From Chloroflexota bacterium (GTDB lineage: Bacteria > Chloroflexota > Dehalococcoidia > Lucifugimonadales > UBA3495), in NCBI GenBank assembly GCA_009837355.1, contig VXTR01000014.1:10560-74559 (forward strand): DNA of 64,000 nt, in the 5' to 3' direction. The position numbers and the translations under genes were made by a program. This document shows positions 17,719 to 26,137 of the stretch, piece after piece; positions within the stretch are counted from its first letter, which is position 1; each line of letters opens with the position of its first letter. The notes under the pieces are model-generated. The model was not told where the DNA came from. It saw nothing but the letters and a program-made list of their open reading frames with translations, and did no database searches.

Positions 17719-18561
17719 CTACGCCAACACGACGTTATCAATCAGGCGCACCGAGCCTAGCCGCACTGCTGTTGCTAGCATTACCCGCTGGGCGTCGTCC
17801 GCCGCCTCTACAGGGGCCATAGTATTTGCGTCCACTATGCTGACGTAATCTATTGCGGACAGCTGGGGCTCGGACTGCAGGATGGAGCGGGCGGCGGCTT
17901 GCAGGAGGCTGGCGTTGCGTTCGCCGGCTTGCCATTGGGACTCGGCGGCTTGGAGTGCGCGGTACACTACGGGGGCGGCGGCACGCTGCTCCGGCGTCAG
18001 GTAGGCGTTGCGGCTGCTCAGGGCCAGGCCGTCGGGCTCGCGGATGGTGGGCATGGTTACCACGTGGACGCCCAGGTTGAGGTCGTCGTTCATCTTGCGG
18101 ATTACCGCCACCTGCTGGCCGTCTTTTTGGCCAAAGTAGGCCCGGTCGGGTCGGGTGATGGTGAACAGCTTGGCGACCACGGTGGCGACGCCGCGAAAGT
18201 GGCCCGGGCGGGCCGCACCTTCCATCCCCTCGGCTACTGCGCCGGGTTCAATCCAGGTGTCGAAGCCGTCGGGATAGACTTCGGACGGCGGCGGCGCGAA
18301 TACCAGGTCAGCGCCCTGGGCCGCGAGCAGTTCCAGGTCGCGCTCGAAGCTGCGCGGGTAGGTAGAAAAGTCTTCGTTGGCGCCGAACTGGGTCGGGTTG
18401 ACGAATATGGAGGCGGCCATGGTGACGTTGTCGGCGCGCGCTTGCCGGGTCAGCGACAGATGCCCTTCGTGCAGAGCGCCCATGGTTGGCACCAGGCCGA
18501 TGGGACGGGGAGTCGCCCGGCAGGCGGCGGACATTTCGGCGCAGGTAGTGATGACTTGCAT
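17719..18561 (-). CDS. panC: pantoate--beta-alanine ligase
   Basis: 'GLVPTMGALHEGHLSL', 'ASIFVNPTQF', 'FRGVATVV.KLF', 'YFGQKD.QQ' and 'GLALSSRN' are present. Confidence 0.9.
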   Translation of the reverse strand: MQVITTCAEMSAACRATPRPIGLVPTMGALHEGHLSLTRQARADNVTMAASIFVNPTQFGANEDFSTYPRSFERDLELLAAQGADLVFAPPPSEVYPDGFDTWIEPGAVAEGMEGAARPGHFRGVATVVAKLFTITRPDRAYFGQKDGQQVAVIRKMNDDLNLGVHVVTMPTIREPDGLALSSRNAYLTPEQRAAAPVVYRALQAAESQWQAGERNASLLQAAARSILQSEPQLSAIDYVSIVDANTMAPVEAADDAQRVMLATAVRLGSVRLIDNVVLA

Positions 18562-18576
18562 AGGGACTTGGTGGGA

Positions 18577-20280
18577 TTATTCCGGCGGGAACAGCTCGTC
18601 GATTTCCCGCTGCATACGATCGGCGTCGTTTTCCGCCAACGATGCCAGTCCGGCCGGCGCGCCGGCAATGGCCATATCGGCGTAGAACGACTCGTCGTAA
18701 TCGCGGGGGCGGACCACCACCGGCATCGGGACGGCGTGGCCGAACACCAGCGCCTGCTGCTTGCCGTCCAGACGGGACAGGACACCCCGCAGCTGGCCGG
18801 CGTCCCGCGCGCCCATGAGGACGGCGTTCATGTCCCGGTCGTCGTTGAGGGCGCAGGAGAGGCGGGTTCCCAGCTGGCTCATCACCTCGGAGTCGATGCC
18901 GCTGGGCCGCTGGTCAACAATCATCAGCGTTACGTTGTACTTGCGCAGCTCGCGGGCGATGGAACCGAAAATGGTCTGCGAGGCCACTTCCGGCGTCAGG
19001 AACTTGTGGGCTTCTTCGATGAATATGACCAGCGGGCGCGGCTCGTCGCCCTGGCCGCCGTCGGCGAGTTCCTTGCGCCGCACCCAGGTCTCGTGGATGC
19101 GCCGGGTCAGCAGGTTGCTGACCAAGACGTAGGCGGCGGTGTTGCGCCCATACTGCCCGAATTCCAGCACCACGTGATTGCCGTGTTGCAGGTTTTCGAT
19201 GATGCCGCCGGCGCTGCCGCTGCCCTCGCCCTGGTCGGCCAGGAACCCGAAGCGACCCCACGCCGACAGCCGGCGATGCAGCGTTTGCAGGGCGGCCAGG
19301 TTCACGCCGATTTCGTTGGCCAACTCGCCCACGTCGGCGCCGCTCAACGGCAGGAACGAACGCAGCCACTGGCCGCTGCCGTAGTGACGCTCCAGGTTCC
19401 ACGCCGTCGCAGCCGCCACTTCCGACAGGTTCAGCAAGTCTCGCAGTACCTCGATGTCGGCCGGCTCAATCTCGTCGTAGCCGATGCGCACCACGCCGTC
19501 CGGCGTGATGCCGCGACGCCGGCTGCTGGCCTCGTCCAGGGTGAAGGTAACCACTCGGCTGGGGAAGAGCTGCTTGAGTCCCTTGACCTGACGGCGGCGG
19601 TCGTTGTCCTGCCCCTGCCAGCCGTACTCGCTCTCCATGTCGAATACCAGCGACACGGCGTCGCCATCCTTGACCAGGCCGGCCAGCAGCATCCGGGCCA
19701 GGAAGGTCTTGCCCGACCCCGACGCGCCGAACACGCCCACCGAGCGTTTTGCCAGTTCCTCCAGATCCAGACGTACGGACGCCGCCTCCATGCCCTGGGG
19801 TGAACCGAGGGCAAAGGCCGTCTCCCGTTGGACGCTGAACACCGCGTCGATGTCCGCCTGAGATGCCGCGTACACCGGGGCGAAGTGCTCGGGTATGGTT
19901 TTGGCCGCTTCCGACGCAGCCATGCCGCTGCCTTCGGTTGGCGCGGTCATGCTGGGCATCACCGACAACTGACCGTAGGCCATGGTGCCGGCCATCACGT
20001 CGGTTATCAGTCCGTCGGCGCTTTCGGCAGTACCCCTGACCGGTGGGAAATGGCGCAGGCTGTCGTCCACGGCGCGCAATTCCAGGTCGGTTACCACGCC
20101 GAAGTACCGCTGACGTCGGCCCTGGACCGTCACGAAGGAGCCTACGGCGATGTCCTCCACCGAGGCGCCGGCGTCCAGCCGCACGTCCAGCCCCCGGGAC
20201 AGCGACCCGCCGACCACCAAGCCCAGGCGGCGCAAGCTGGCGGAAAGGTATCCGTCGCCAATGCCGTTGCCCAGCGTCAT
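18577..20280 (-). CDS. HerA-like (FtsK/HerA superfamily, DUF87-type) ATPase with an N-terminal HAS-barrel-like region
   Basis: Walker A is 'GVFGASGSGKTFLARML' and Walker B is 'LVIFIEEAHKF'. 'MIVDQRPSGIDSEVMSQLGTRLSCALNDDRD' is also present. The ATG at 20280 overlaps the upstream stop (ATGA). Confidence 0.8.
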   Translation of the reverse strand: MTLGNGIGDGYLSASLRRLGLVVGGSLSRGLDVRLDAGASVEDIAVGSFVTVQGRRQRYFGVVTDLELRAVDDSLRHFPPVRGTAESADGLITDVMAGTMAYGQLSVMPSMTAPTEGSGMAASEAAKTIPEHFAPVYAASQADIDAVFSVQRETAFALGSPQGMEAASVRLDLEELAKRSVGVFGASGSGKTFLARMLLAGLVKDGDAVSLVFDMESEYGWQGQDNDRRRQVKGLKQLFPSRVVTFTLDEASSRRRGITPDGVVRIGYDEIEPADIEVLRDLLNLSEVAAATAWNLERHYGSGQWLRSFLPLSGADVGELANEIGVNLAALQTLHRRLSAWGRFGFLADQGEGSGSAGGIIENLQHGNHVVLEFGQYGRNTAAYVLVSNLLTRRIHETWVRRKELADGGQGDEPRPLVIFIEEAHKFLTPEVASQTIFGSIARELRKYNVTLMIVDQRPSGIDSEVMSQLGTRLSCALNDDRDMNAVLMGARDAGQLRGVLSRLDGKQQALVFGHAVPMPVVVRPRDYDESFYADMAIAGAPAGLASLAENDADRMQREIDELFPPE

Positions 20281-20870
20281 ATCGCCATCTCGCGCAGCAA
20301 AGCCTGCAGACGCTGGGGTTCGCTGGACAACTCCGCAGCTAAGGTTCGGCCGACGCGCAGCAGGAACTCCCTAGCGTCCGACGCTGCGCCGGCCGCCAGG
20401 CGCAGGAAACCGGCCAACGCCGAATCCGCGCCCGGAGAGCGGTCGGCCAGCAGCAGACGCAGGCAGCCGAGTTGGCCGGCGAACTGAGCCGTTTCGCTGG
20501 GGTCGCAGACGAACACAAAGGCGTGCAGGTTTGGCGGCTGCGCCGGCAGACCCTGCCGGATAACCGGCCCGGCGCGATGTCCAACTATGGTAGCGGTGAA
20601 CCTGGTGGTCAGCATGGCCGACAGCTGGGGATTGGCGGCGTAGATTTCATCTTCCGACTCCAGACCGGCTCCTCGCGGCGCCAGCGGACGGCTGGGGTCC
20701 AGCGGCTCGTTGCGGATTTCCCGAACGACCGCATACACCGGCGGCGAGCCGATGCGCAGCAACGACCCCAGAGGCGGCGCGGAGTGCAGTCGATAGCACT
20801 GCGCCTCCACCCGCTCCGTATGCGAAACGGTTACCTCGCCGACCCGACGCCCTGCCTGCGTGTCCGTCAT
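20277..20870 (-). CDS. small partner protein resembling a stand-alone HerA N-terminal (HAS) barrel plus a helical tail
   Basis: I take the start at ATG 20870 (MTDTQAG..), because the GTG at 20915 coincides with a -10 box. 'LGSLLRIGSPPVYAVVREIRNE' parallels HerA 'VGSFVTVQGRRQRYFGVVTDLELR', and '..LPAQPPNLHAFVFVCDPSE' parallels 'IPEHFAPVYAASQAD'. The stop overlaps the HerA start. Confidence 0.5.
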   Translation of the reverse strand: MTDTQAGRRVGEVTVSHTERVEAQCYRLHSAPPLGSLLRIGSPPVYAVVREIRNEPLDPSRPLAPRGAGLESEDEIYAANPQLSAMLTTRFTATIVGHRAGPVIRQGLPAQPPNLHAFVFVCDPSETAQFAGQLGCLRLLLADRSPGADSALAGFLRLAAGAASDAREFLLRVGRTLAAELSSEPQRLQALLREMAI

Positions 20871-20905
20871 CTCGTCCAATCCGCGCCAGTCAAGTTGCGC
20901 TGCTG

Positions 20906-20915
20906 ATTGTAGCAC
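20906..20915 (-). promoter_or_regulatory. extended -10 element GTGCTACAAT (minus strand)
   Basis: The plus-strand text attgtagcac is the reverse complement of GTGCTACAAT. The same 10-mer occurs on the plus strand at 20959-20968. Confidence 0.35.
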
Positions 20916-20939
20916 GCAGCCGAACGCTGCGCCCTCTGC

Positions 20940-20968
20940 TTGCTAGGGACGGACGACGGTGCTACAAT
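20940..20968 (+). promoter_or_regulatory. candidate promoter of tRNA-Asn
   Basis: TTGCTA (20940-20945), a 17-nt spacer, then TACAAT (20963-20968) with an upstream TG. It lies 37 nt before the tRNA 5' end. Confidence 0.45.
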
Positions 20969-21004
20969 CAATACCCGTCGCCGCTGTCCAGGCGACGTTA
21001 CCGT

Positions 21005-21079
21005 TCCCCTGTAGCTCAGCGGTAGAGCGGGCGGCTGTTAACCGCTAGGTCGTAGGTTCGAATCCTACCAGGGGAGCCA
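21005..21079 (+). tRNA. tRNA-Asn: tRNA-Asn (anticodon GTT), CCA encoded
   Basis: The acceptor TCCCCTG pairs with CAGGGGA. The D arm is GCTC-AGCGGTA-GAGC and the anticodon stem-loop is GGCGG-CTGTTAA-CCGCT. The T arm is GTAGG-TTCGAAT-CCTAC, followed by discriminator G and CCA. Confidence 0.92.
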
Positions 21080-21090
21080 TCTCACAACGA

Positions 21091-21115
21091 CCCGGCTGAT
21101 GTGGGCCGGGGTTTT
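21091..21115 (+). terminator. intrinsic terminator after tRNA-Asn
   Basis: CCCGGC (21091-96), an 8-nt loop, then GCCGGG (21105-10), followed by GTTTT. Confidence 0.6.
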
Positions 21116-21215
21116 CCGTGTTAAGCGTGCCCATTTCGTTACCCGGCCGCTGGCGACTGTGATACGATTATTCATTGAGGATACTGTCAAGTTCATCGTT
21201 CTCAGGAGAGATCTC

Positions 21216-23585
21216 ATGCGTATATCTATAGCCAGATTGATTGCCCTTGCGGGGTTGCTCGTCCTGCTCCCCCTGATTATCGTCGCCTGCGGCGGCGACT
21301 CCGGCGACGGCAGCGCGATCGCACCCCAAACTGAACAGTCCGGAACCGGCACGGGCGCCGGCGACTCATCCGCCGAACCTTTCCGCATCGGCGTCATGGA
21401 ATCCCTCACCGGCCCCGGCGAAACCTACGGCAACGTAGCCCTGCAAGCCAAGCAGTTGGCCGCTGACGAAATCAACGCCGCCGGCGGCATCAACGGGCGG
21501 ATGCTGGAACTGATTGCCGAAGACTCCAAGTGTTCGGCGCAGGATGCCATCACCGCCTATAACAAGCTCACCGACGTGGACGGGGTGAAGATAATCCTGG
21601 GCACCTCCTGCAGCGGGGCCATGCTGGGGGCAGCGCCCCTGGCCGAGGCCGACGGCGTGATTCTCTTCTCGGGGCTGGCCACCAATCCGGATATCGCCGA
21701 CGCCGGTGATTACATCTTCCGCACCTCCATGAACGACCTCCAGCTGGGCATCGACACCGGCGAGGTAATCTGGGCCGACGGCCACCGACGACTGGCTACC
21801 ATCACCGAGACCACCGACTACGCTGAGGGCGTGCGCCGCACCACCGCCGAACACTTCGTCTCCCTGGGTGGCGAGATTGTGGCCGAGGAACGCTACGCTT
21901 CGGACATCACGGACTTCCGCAGCCAGATCACCAAGATGATCGGAGCCAACCCCGACGCCATTCACGTCGCCTCCCAGTCCGAGTTTTCCGGCGGCACAAT
22001 CGTGAAGCAGATTCGGGAACTGGGCTACGCCGGGCCTCTCTACTCCGAGATCGTGCCCGTGGGCGCCACCGCGCTGGAAGTGGCCGGCGACGCTGCCACC
22101 GGCCTCAAGGCTATCACTGCCGAGCTGGACCCGAATAACCCCAAGGCCGTGGAGGTTCTGACCAACTTCCGCGCCCGCTACGACTACATCACACTGCCCT
22201 GGTACCTGGGCTCCGCCTACGACGACGTGTACATCGCCGCCGAGTGCCTGAAGCAGACGAACGACGACCAGGACGCCGACGGTTTCCGGGACTGCATGTA
22301 CGGCATCACCTGGAACGGGGCTATTGGAGAAGGGTACAGTTTTGACGCCAAGGGCGAAGTTGTGGGCCTCTCCAACGCGGTGGTGGTGGTGCTGCCCCTG
22401 GCGGAGCGCACCGACGACAACCAGGGCTACCGCATCCTGGGGCAGGCCGGCAGCGATGCCGCCGTCGGGGTCGCGCCCATCGCCGCCATGTCAGGGTCCG
22501 ACGAACCCTTCCGCATCGGCGCGATGGATGCCTTGACCGGCGTCGGCGAGTCCTACGGCAACCCGATTGTCCAGGCCAAGCAAATGGCGGTGGAGGAAAT
22601 CAACGCTGCCGGGGGCATCAACGGCCGTATGCTGGAACTGATCGCCGAAGACTCCAAGTGCAACGCCCAGGACGCCATCACCGCCTACAACAAGCTGACC
22701 GATGTTGACGGCGTCAGGATCATTCTCGGCACCACCTGCAGCGGCGCGATGCTGGGTGCGGCTCCCCTGGCCGAAAACGAGGGCGTCATCATGCTCTCAG
22801 CCTCTGCGACCAGCCCCGACATCATGGGCGCGGGCGACTACATCTTCCGCACGGCCATCAACGATGACCAGTTGGGCATCGACACCGGCAACACCATCCA
22901 CGTTGACGGACACCATGACCTGGCGACCATCACCGAGGCCACGGACTACGCCGAGGGCGCGCGCCGCACCACGGTGGCTCGCTTCGAGGAACTGGGCGGC
23001 CACGTGGTGGCGTCCGAGAGCTATGCCAGCGACATCACCGATTTCCGCACTCAGCTCACCAAGCTGATCAACGCGGAACCGGACGCGGTGTACCTGGCTT
23101 CCCAAGGCGAGTTCTCCGGAGGAACCATCATCAAGCAGTTGCGCGAACTCGGCTTCGATGGCCCCATTTACACCGAATCGGTGAACACCGGGCCCGAGGC
23201 GTTGAGCATCGCCGGCGAGGCCGCCACCGGGATGAAAGCCATCATCCCCCTCGGCCTCACCAACCGGGGCGAGCAGTTCCTCAAGGACTTCGAGGCGCAC
23301 TTCGGACACGTCGCCACCCAGCCCTGGTTCCAGGCTTCGGCATACGACGACGTGTACCTGGCCGCCGCGTGTCTCGCCCAAACCGGCGACGACCAGGACG
23401 CGGACGGTTTCCGGGACTGCATGTACGACATCACCTTCAGCGGAGCCATCGGCGACGGCTACAGCTTCGATGAGTATGGTGAGGTGGTCGGGCTGGGCAA
23501 CGCGGTCGTCCAGATCCTGCCTCTGTCCGAGCGCACGGACGACAACCTGGGTTACGTTTCGCTGGGCCAGGCGCCCACTCCCTGA
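21216..23585 (+). CDS. lipoprotein with two tandem LivJ/type-I periplasmic-binding (branched-chain amino-acid SBP) domains
   Basis: ATG 21216 has an AGGAGAG RBS. The signal with lipobox is 'LIIVAC'. Each half begins 'EPFRIG.M..LTG.GE.YGN' and contains 'EINAAGGINGRMLELIAEDSKC.AQDAITAYNKLTDVDGV.IILGT.CSGAMLGAAPLAE'. Confidence 0.85.
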   Translation: MRISIARLIALAGLLVLLPLIIVACGGDSGDGSAIAPQTEQSGTGTGAGDSSAEPFRIGVMESLTGPGETYGNVALQAKQLAADEINAAGGINGRMLELIAEDSKCSAQDAITAYNKLTDVDGVKIILGTSCSGAMLGAAPLAEADGVILFSGLATNPDIADAGDYIFRTSMNDLQLGIDTGEVIWADGHRRLATITETTDYAEGVRRTTAEHFVSLGGEIVAEERYASDITDFRSQITKMIGANPDAIHVASQSEFSGGTIVKQIRELGYAGPLYSEIVPVGATALEVAGDAATGLKAITAELDPNNPKAVEVLTNFRARYDYITLPWYLGSAYDDVYIAAECLKQTNDDQDADGFRDCMYGITWNGAIGEGYSFDAKGEVVGLSNAVVVVLPLAERTDDNQGYRILGQAGSDAAVGVAPIAAMSGSDEPFRIGAMDALTGVGESYGNPIVQAKQMAVEEINAAGGINGRMLELIAEDSKCNAQDAITAYNKLTDVDGVRIILGTTCSGAMLGAAPLAENEGVIMLSASATSPDIMGAGDYIFRTAINDDQLGIDTGNTIHVDGHHDLATITEATDYAEGARRTTVARFEELGGHVVASESYASDITDFRTQLTKLINAEPDAVYLASQGEFSGGTIIKQLRELGFDGPIYTESVNTGPEALSIAGEAATGMKAIIPLGLTNRGEQFLKDFEAHFGHVATQPWFQASAYDDVYLAAACLAQTGDDQDADGFRDCMYDITFSGAIGDGYSFDEYGEVVGLGNAVVQILPLSERTDDNLGYVSLGQAPTP
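21375..22502 (+). repeat. intragenic tandem duplication, unit 1 (1128 bp)
   Basis: The unit starts at gaacctttccgcatcggc, with its counterpart at 22503. Some stretches (for example 21478-21640 against 22606-22768) are about 85% identical at the nucleotide level by eye. Confidence 0.8.
22503..23582 (+). repeat. intragenic tandem duplication, unit 2
   Basis: The unit starts at gaacccttccgcatcggc. The protein is collinear with unit 1 through to the 'DADGFRDCMY.IT..GAIG.GYSFD..GEVVGL.NAVV..LPL.ERTDDN.GY' ending. Confidence 0.8.
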
Positions 23586-23608
23586 TCTCGGCGCTCGTAT
23601 CCGGAGAC

Positions 23609-23641
23609 GGGGCCGGTCGTTGATGGCGACCGGCCCCTTTA
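23609..23641 (+). terminator. strong hairpin plus T-tract directly after the SBP gene (attenuator or mRNA-stability element)
   Basis: GGGGCCGGTCG (23609-19), the loop ttgatgg, then CGACCGGCCCC (23627-37), followed by TTTAT. Confidence 0.6.
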
Positions 23642-23694
23642 TGGTAATATGCGCGCGGTTATCATCGGCTACCGGCTGCCGTGAGGATACAATC

Positions 23695-25077
23695 TTGTCC
23701 AGTCAGCGCGAAACCGCACGCGGATTCCCCGCCCGGTTCAACATCCCCGGCACCCGTGTGTTGGCCCTGGTCTTAGCCACGGCCGTGGTTGCCTACCTGG
23801 CCTGGAAAATCGGGCAGTCGCCTCCACAGGCCCTGCAATTCGCCTTCAACGGCATCGCAGTGGGGGCGGTGTACGCGCTGCTGGCCATGGGCTTCACGCT
23901 GGTGTACAGCACCGTCTGGTTCTTTGACCTCTACTACGGCGCGGCGGCGGCCTTGGGCGCCTACGGGGTGTTCTACCTCCGTACTGCCACGGCCCTGGGC
24001 AGCCGCGCTGACGTCAACAACGTATATGTCAACGCCGTGTTCGCCGCCGTAGTAGGTGGTGTCGTCGCCTGGGTTCTTTATACCTTACTGCACCCACGGC
24101 TGCGCGGCCGATTTACTCCGAACACGATTGGCGTGGCGAGTGGCCTGCTGGGAGGGGGAGCCGGAGCGTACACCGGCATAGTCCTCGCATTCCCTGAGAA
24201 CCTCCACCTGACCTTGAGCCCCGCCATCGGCGTTGTGGTGGCGGCGGCGGCCATCGTTGTCCCGTTCTGGGCGGTTCAGACTTTCGTTCCCAACATTCGC
24301 CTTTCGCGTTTTACCGCCATCGCCGGGCTGCCTGCCGTCGTCATCGGCGCATGGTGCGGCTACCTTACCGCCGGCGCTCCCGGCGCGGGTCTCTACCTCA
24401 GCTGGGCCGTGTCGTGTCTGCTGGCCGGATGCGTCGGTCTCGCCCTGTATCGCGGCCTCTACATGTACATGCGCGAGCGGGCGCGTTCGCCCCTCATCAT
24501 GCTGGTGGCGTCGCTGGGTATCCTGCTGGCCGTCGCCGCGTTCATCGTTATCGTTTTCGAGGCCGCTCCTCGTCCGTTGCCCACCGCCTTCGGCAGCGAG
24601 ACGTGGAAGATTGCCGGCGCTCGCATCAAGGGCTTCAATATCTTCGCCATCGGGGTAGCCCTGGCCGGTTTCGCCATTCTGTGGCTGCTACTGAAGCAGA
24701 CCTCGTTCGGACGCGCCGTCCGCGCTATTGGCGACGACGAGGAAGTCTCCAAGGTGGTGGGCATCAATACCACCGTAATCATAGCCGGGGTCTTCTTCAT
24801 CGGCGCGATGTACGCCGCCCTGGCCGGCATCCTCACCGGGCACGACACCGCGGTGCAGCCGCGCATGGGCCTGCTGCTGTTGCTCAAGGGCTGGATCGCC
24901 TCCGTAGTTGGGGGCATCGGCAACCTCTACGGAGCAATCGTCGGCGGGTTCGTCCTGGGCGTTGTCGAGCAATTCGGCATCTGGGACCTGGCCGGGGAAT
25001 GGAAAGACGCCATCGCCTTTGTGCTGTTGATACTGTTCCTGTCCTTCTGGCCCCAGGGCCTGCTGCCGCGGAGGTGA
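23695..25077 (+). CDS. livH: branched-chain amino-acid ABC permease (LivH family) with extra transmembrane insert
   Basis: 'GIAVGAVYALLAMGFTLVYS', 'SFGRAVRAIGDDEEVSKVVGIN' and 'G.GNLYGAIVGGFVLGV.E' are present. The start is uncertain. I prefer TTG 23695 with a GAGGA RBS, because ATG 23623 sits in the loop of the preceding hairpin. Confidence 0.75.
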   Translation: MSSQRETARGFPARFNIPGTRVLALVLATAVVAYLAWKIGQSPPQALQFAFNGIAVGAVYALLAMGFTLVYSTVWFFDLYYGAAAALGAYGVFYLRTATALGSRADVNNVYVNAVFAAVVGGVVAWVLYTLLHPRLRGRFTPNTIGVASGLLGGGAGAYTGIVLAFPENLHLTLSPAIGVVVAAAAIVVPFWAVQTFVPNIRLSRFTAIAGLPAVVIGAWCGYLTAGAPGAGLYLSWAVSCLLAGCVGLALYRGLYMYMRERARSPLIMLVASLGILLAVAAFIVIVFEAAPRPLPTAFGSETWKIAGARIKGFNIFAIGVALAGFAILWLLLKQTSFGRAVRAIGDDEEVSKVVGINTTVIIAGVFFIGAMYAALAGILTGHDTAVQPRMGLLLLLKGWIASVVGGIGNLYGAIVGGFVLGVVEQFGIWDLAGEWKDAIAFVLLILFLSFWPQGLLPRR

Positions 25078-25081
25078 TGCT

Positions 25082-26137
25082 TTGCCGGTGGACATGCAAC
25101 GCATCCGGGAGCTGCCCGCCCTGGTGCGCAACCCCCGCGAGATGGCTCGGCACGCCCGGAGCAATGTCGAACTGTGGGCCAACATCCTGGTCATCGGAGG
25201 GGCCATCGCGTTCATGCTGTGGCAAGGCGCCGGTTTCGCCGTCATCGTGGGCACGGTATTCGCCATCTGGGCCATCCTGTCCGTCAGCCTGAACCTGGTG
25301 GTGGGATTCACGGGCCTGCTCTCCGTGGGGCATATCGGCTTCTTCGGCGTCGGGGCCTACACCATGGCCATTCTGACCTCCAGCCCGGAATACGAGCAGC
25401 TGCGCACCGAGGCCATCCCCACCTTTGGCTGGCCCTTCTTCGCTGCGCTTCCGGTGTGCGCTCTCCTCGCCGGTCTGGCCGCCATCATCGTTGGCATCGT
25501 ATTCAACCGTTTCCGGGACGACATTTTCGTGCTGGTATCCTTCGGCTTCGCCATCATCTCCTTCAACGTCTTTCTCAACTGGCGGGCGGTTACCCGCGGG
25601 GCTTTCGGCATCCACGAAATTGCCCGTCCGGAAATCGGTGACTGGAGATTCGACGGCGATGTTGAGTTTCTGCTGCTCTGCCTGGCGTTCCTCGCCGTGG
25701 TCATGCTGATTTCCTGGTTCGTCGTATCATCATCCTTCGGGCGCGTACTGACCGCCATCCGTGAGGACGAGCAGGCCATCGAGGTGTTTGGATACCAGGC
25801 CACCCACTACAAGCTGGCCGTGTGGGTAATCTCCGCCATGATGGCCGGCATCGCCGGCGGCTTGTTCAGCAGCTGGACCACTTTCATCGACCCCAACTCC
25901 TTCATCCTGCTGGAGTCGGTGCTGCTGGTGGCCATCGTGATTCTCGGTGGGCTGGCAACCATTTGGGGTTCCCTGCTGGGCGCAATGGCCTTCGTCCTGC
26001 TGGAGGAGGGGATGCGTTTCATCCCGTTCCTGCCCACCGAGTATATCGGCCAGGCCCGGCAGGTCGTCCTCGGCATTTTGTTGGTGCTGCTGATGCTGTT
26101 CCGGCCCCAGGGCCTGGTCGGGAGGTATCGATTGTGA
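25082..26137 (+). CDS. livM: branched-chain amino-acid ABC permease (LivM family)
   Basis: 'LNLVVGFTGLLSVGHIGFFGVGAY', 'SSFGRVLTAIREDEQA' and 'LFRPQGLVG' are present. Confidence 0.85.
   Translation: MPVDMQRIRELPALVRNPREMARHARSNVELWANILVIGGAIAFMLWQGAGFAVIVGTVFAIWAILSVSLNLVVGFTGLLSVGHIGFFGVGAYTMAILTSSPEYEQLRTEAIPTFGWPFFAALPVCALLAGLAAIIVGIVFNRFRDDIFVLVSFGFAIISFNVFLNWRAVTRGAFGIHEIARPEIGDWRFDGDVEFLLLCLAFLAVVMLISWFVVSSSFGRVLTAIREDEQAIEVFGYQATHYKLAVWVISAMMAGIAGGLFSSWTTFIDPNSFILLESVLLVAIVILGGLATIWGSLLGAMAFVLLEEGMRFIPFLPTEYIGQARQVVLGILLVLLMLFRPQGLVGRYRL

Noticed and set aside
17899-19803. 634-aa ORF on the plus strand
   Set aside because: It is antisense to panC and the HerA-like gene, both of which have clear family motifs. 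Its product is Gly/Ala/Arg/Val-rich low-complexity sequence, typical of shadow ORFs in high-GC DNA.
23623-23625. ATG 23623 as the livH start
   Set aside because: It lies in the loop of the 11-bp terminator-like hairpin after the SBP gene and has no nearby RBS. TTG 23695 with a GAGGA RBS is preferred, though the start remains uncertain.
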